Assembly: GCA_007120155.1 (NCBI GenBank)
Contig: SKOF01000185.1
Coordinates: 1 to 34,676 of the forward strand
Direction: 5' to 3'
Source: Thioalkalivibrio sp.
Lineage (GTDB): Bacteria > Pseudomonadota > Gammaproteobacteria > Ectothiorhodospirales > Ectothiorhodospiraceae
DNA length: 34,676 nt
Part shown: positions 32,650-34,676 of the stretch, in pieces
How positions within the stretch are numbered: the first letter of the stretch is position 1
How the letters are laid out: each line of letters begins with the position of its first letter
The notes under the pieces: generated by a model
What the model was told of the DNA's origin: nothing
What the model saw: the letters and a program-made list of their open reading frames with translations, nothing else
Database searches by the model: none
Made by a program: the position numbers and the translations under genes

Positions 32650-33027
32650 ATGGAATTCTTCGCCATTGCCCGGGTCCCGGCCTCTGTGGAGCGCCTTCAG
32701 CAGATTGGCGCGGGCCTCCTACCGCAACTGTGCCCATCCATCGAACGAATCGTGACCGTGCATGACGACGACCGCGCCCGGGCGTGGACCGTCTGGGGTG
32801 AGTTTGACATTCTCCGCCAGCGTATCAACGGGGGTGTGCGTTTCACGCTGCCCGACTGCGCCAATGCCCTCACCTGGACCCTGACCACCGGGCATCCGCC
32901 CGCCCCGGAGGCGGTGGTGATTCATGCCACCATCAACCGGCCCGAGCAGGATCCGGATTTCGTGGAGACCATCCGGGAGTTTGTGGAGGAATGGAGAAAG
33001 GCGATCGAGCACGGTGCTGCGACCTGA
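32650..33027 (+). CDS. Hypothetical protein (125 aa)
   Basis: Protein-like composition (WTVWGEF, GGVRFTLPDCANALTWTLT, HATINR) and host-like codon usage. Family not recognised. Confidence 0.7.
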   Translation: MEFFAIARVPASVERLQQIGAGLLPQLCPSIERIVTVHDDDRARAWTVWGEFDILRQRINGGVRFTLPDCANALTWTLTTGHPPAPEAVVIHATINRPEQDPDFVETIREFVEEWRKAIEHGAAT

Positions 33028-33073
33028 CGCGGGCCTGCACGGAACCCGCGGCATTCGCGGCACCGTGTGGACG

Positions 33074-34120
33074 TCAATCCAGCCACATGGCGCCCCGGCG
33101 CCGCTCCCGATACCACGATCCGTCCACCGGATCCCGGCACATGCCGAAGACGAACGACGGCGGCAACGCCGGCAGCTCGAAGCGCAGATCCTTGAACCAG
33201 GCGCATTCTCGCCCTCCCTCCTCTGCGACCTCGTGCAGGACGGGAATCCGGGCAAAGCGTCGGAAGTGCCGGAAACCCTCCTGCCCCCAGGCGAGCCGGG
33301 CGAGATCCGATTCCCCGCCCCCCCGGCCGAACCGGGGCCGGCGCTGCCATTGCGGTACCTGCATGTAATGGGTCGCCATATCCCGAAACGGGTGCGGCAG
33401 GGGCATTCGTTCCGCCAGGCTGCGCCCGGGCAGCAACCGCACCCACGCCGTGTGGACCGCCGCGTCATCACTCACGACCAGCACCCGGTGGACCGGGGAG
33501 AAGGGCTGCGGCAGGGCCTCCCCGCCAGCCTCGGACAGACCCGTGTGCCGTGCGTAGGCCTCGGCAACCCCGACCGCCCGCATCTGGATGGCCCCCTGTA
33601 CACCCACGTAGGCGAACAGCACGAGCAGCGCCGCCACCGATGCCGCACGACCGCGGTCCGGGCGGCGCCATGCCACCAGCAGCCCGGCCGCGATAATCAG
33701 GGTGAAGTACGGATCCACCACATAGACCCACGACAGCGCCGGCCGCCAGTCCGAGAAGGGATAGAACAGCATGGTGCCGTAGGCGGTGATCAGATCCCCG
33801 GCGATATGGATGCCGATGCCCAGTGAGACCGGCACGAAGTACCCGCGCCAGCCAAGCCCCGAGAACCGCCCGAAGACCCAGGCCACGGCCAGCGCCCACA
33901 GGGGCAGCAGCACCACCGAATGGGTCGCCCCCTGATGCACCTCGCTCAGGTACCAGAGGGTATCCACCGCGCGCATGGCGAAGTCGATGTCCGGGAAGGC
34001 GCCACCGGCGAATCCGGCCAGCATGCGGCCGCCTGTGCCCGGGGTGTCCGGGGCGGTGCGGGCCGGCGTGGCCGCCCGCGCCAGCAGGGCGCCGCTCAGG
34101 GCATGGGTGAGGGTGTCCAC
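33074..34120 (-). CDS. Inner-membrane metal-dependent hydrolase (YdjM-like)
   Basis: MDTLTHAL, FPDID, HQGATHS, HIAGDLITAYGT, VVDP; several TM segments. Confidence 0.85.
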   Translation of the reverse strand: MDTLTHALSGALLARAATPARTAPDTPGTGGRMLAGFAGGAFPDIDFAMRAVDTLWYLSEVHQGATHSVVLLPLWALAVAWVFGRFSGLGWRGYFVPVSLGIGIHIAGDLITAYGTMLFYPFSDWRPALSWVYVVDPYFTLIIAAGLLVAWRRPDRGRAASVAALLVLFAYVGVQGAIQMRAVGVAEAYARHTGLSEAGGEALPQPFSPVHRVLVVSDDAAVHTAWVRLLPGRSLAERMPLPHPFRDMATHYMQVPQWQRRPRFGRGGGESDLARLAWGQEGFRHFRRFARIPVLHEVAEEGGRECAWFKDLRFELPALPPSFVFGMCRDPVDGSWYRERRRGAMWLD

Positions 34121-34138
34121 CGGGCAGCGCGACGCCCG

Positions 34139-34675
34139 TCAGGATGCGGGTGTGGAAGGTCCGGCTTCGGCCGCCGGCTCGTCTTCATCCTCGGACACTA
34201 CCGGCCCGATGTGCTGCACGGAATGCTCCGGCGCGAACAGGATGGCCGGCAGCCATTCCGCGCCACGCAGCAGCCGGTCCAGCAGCCGGCGCGTGGCGGC
34301 CGAGTCGGTGGTATCGTCATGCATCCAGTGAAAGAAGGTGGCCAGATAGATACTGGTGAGCACCGTTTCCTCCAGCGCCCGGCTGAGAAACGCCGCATCG
34401 CGCCGGGCGCCCTCGCGGATCCACTGCACCGTGCGGCTCACCCGCAGCAGGCCCCGCACCTGCATGTGCACGTGTCCGGGTTCGAAACGGCCGTAGATCA
34501 TCTCCCGGGTCACCCGCCGATGCGGCGCGAGGGCTTCCAGCCAGGTCATGATCAGGCGGTGCAGGCGTACCCGCGCCGGCAGCCCGGTGAAACCGGGTTC
34601 CGCGCTGGCCTTGAGTACGGCCGCATCCGCCCGGTCGAACCAGGCCTCGATGACGTCCTCCTTCTCCCTGAAATG
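34139..34675 (-). CDS. TetR/AcrR-family transcriptional regulator, 5' truncated by window edge
   Basis: Frame is open to the window end and reads HFREKEDVIEAWFDRAD (end of a TetR HTH), continuing into the 34139-34549 ORF. Confidence 0.75.
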   Translation of the reverse strand, partial: HFREKEDVIEAWFDRADAAVLKASAEPGFTGLPARVRLHRLIMTWLEALAPHRRVTREMIYGRFEPGHVHMQVRGLLRVSRTVQWIREGARRDAAFLSRALEETVLTSIYLATFFHWMHDDTTDSAATRRLLDRLLRGAEWLPAILFAPEHSVQHIGPVVSEDEDEPAAEAGPSTPAS

Positions 34676-34676
34676 C

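Overview
High-GC gammaproteobacterial chromosome segment. The gene content and order suggest an Ectothiorhodospiraceae/Thioalkalivibrio-like organism, which is an inference. Left part (1-8.4 kb): 3' part of a fused TRAP permease, an outer-membrane beta-barrel, a PPP-family metallophosphatase, glcE-glcF plus an alanine/serine-glyoxylate aminotransferase, and an Acr3/BASS-like transporter. Middle part (8.4-26.0 kb, minus strand): the conserved mtnA-gyrA-serC-serA-pheA-hisC-tyrA-aroA-cmk-rpsA-ihfB-lapA-lapB-pyrF-comEA-galU block. Several of its spacers carry long inverted repeats built from 7- to 9-nt tandem units. Right part (26.1-32.6 kb): an accessory island that starts with an orphan MscS C-terminal fragment. 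Its centrepiece is a split (two-gene) Rhs toxin system with no PAAR/VgrG. One gene encodes a signal-peptide-bearing YD-repeat shell that stops just before the Rhs core and is frameshifted by an exact 13-bp tandem duplication. A separate signal-peptide-bearing gene encodes the Rhs core plus toxin. These are followed by an ATGA-coupled low-GC immunity candidate and a duplicated core cassette truncated at a REP-like element. The window ends with a hypothetical gene, a membrane metal-dependent hydrolase and a partial TetR regulator.
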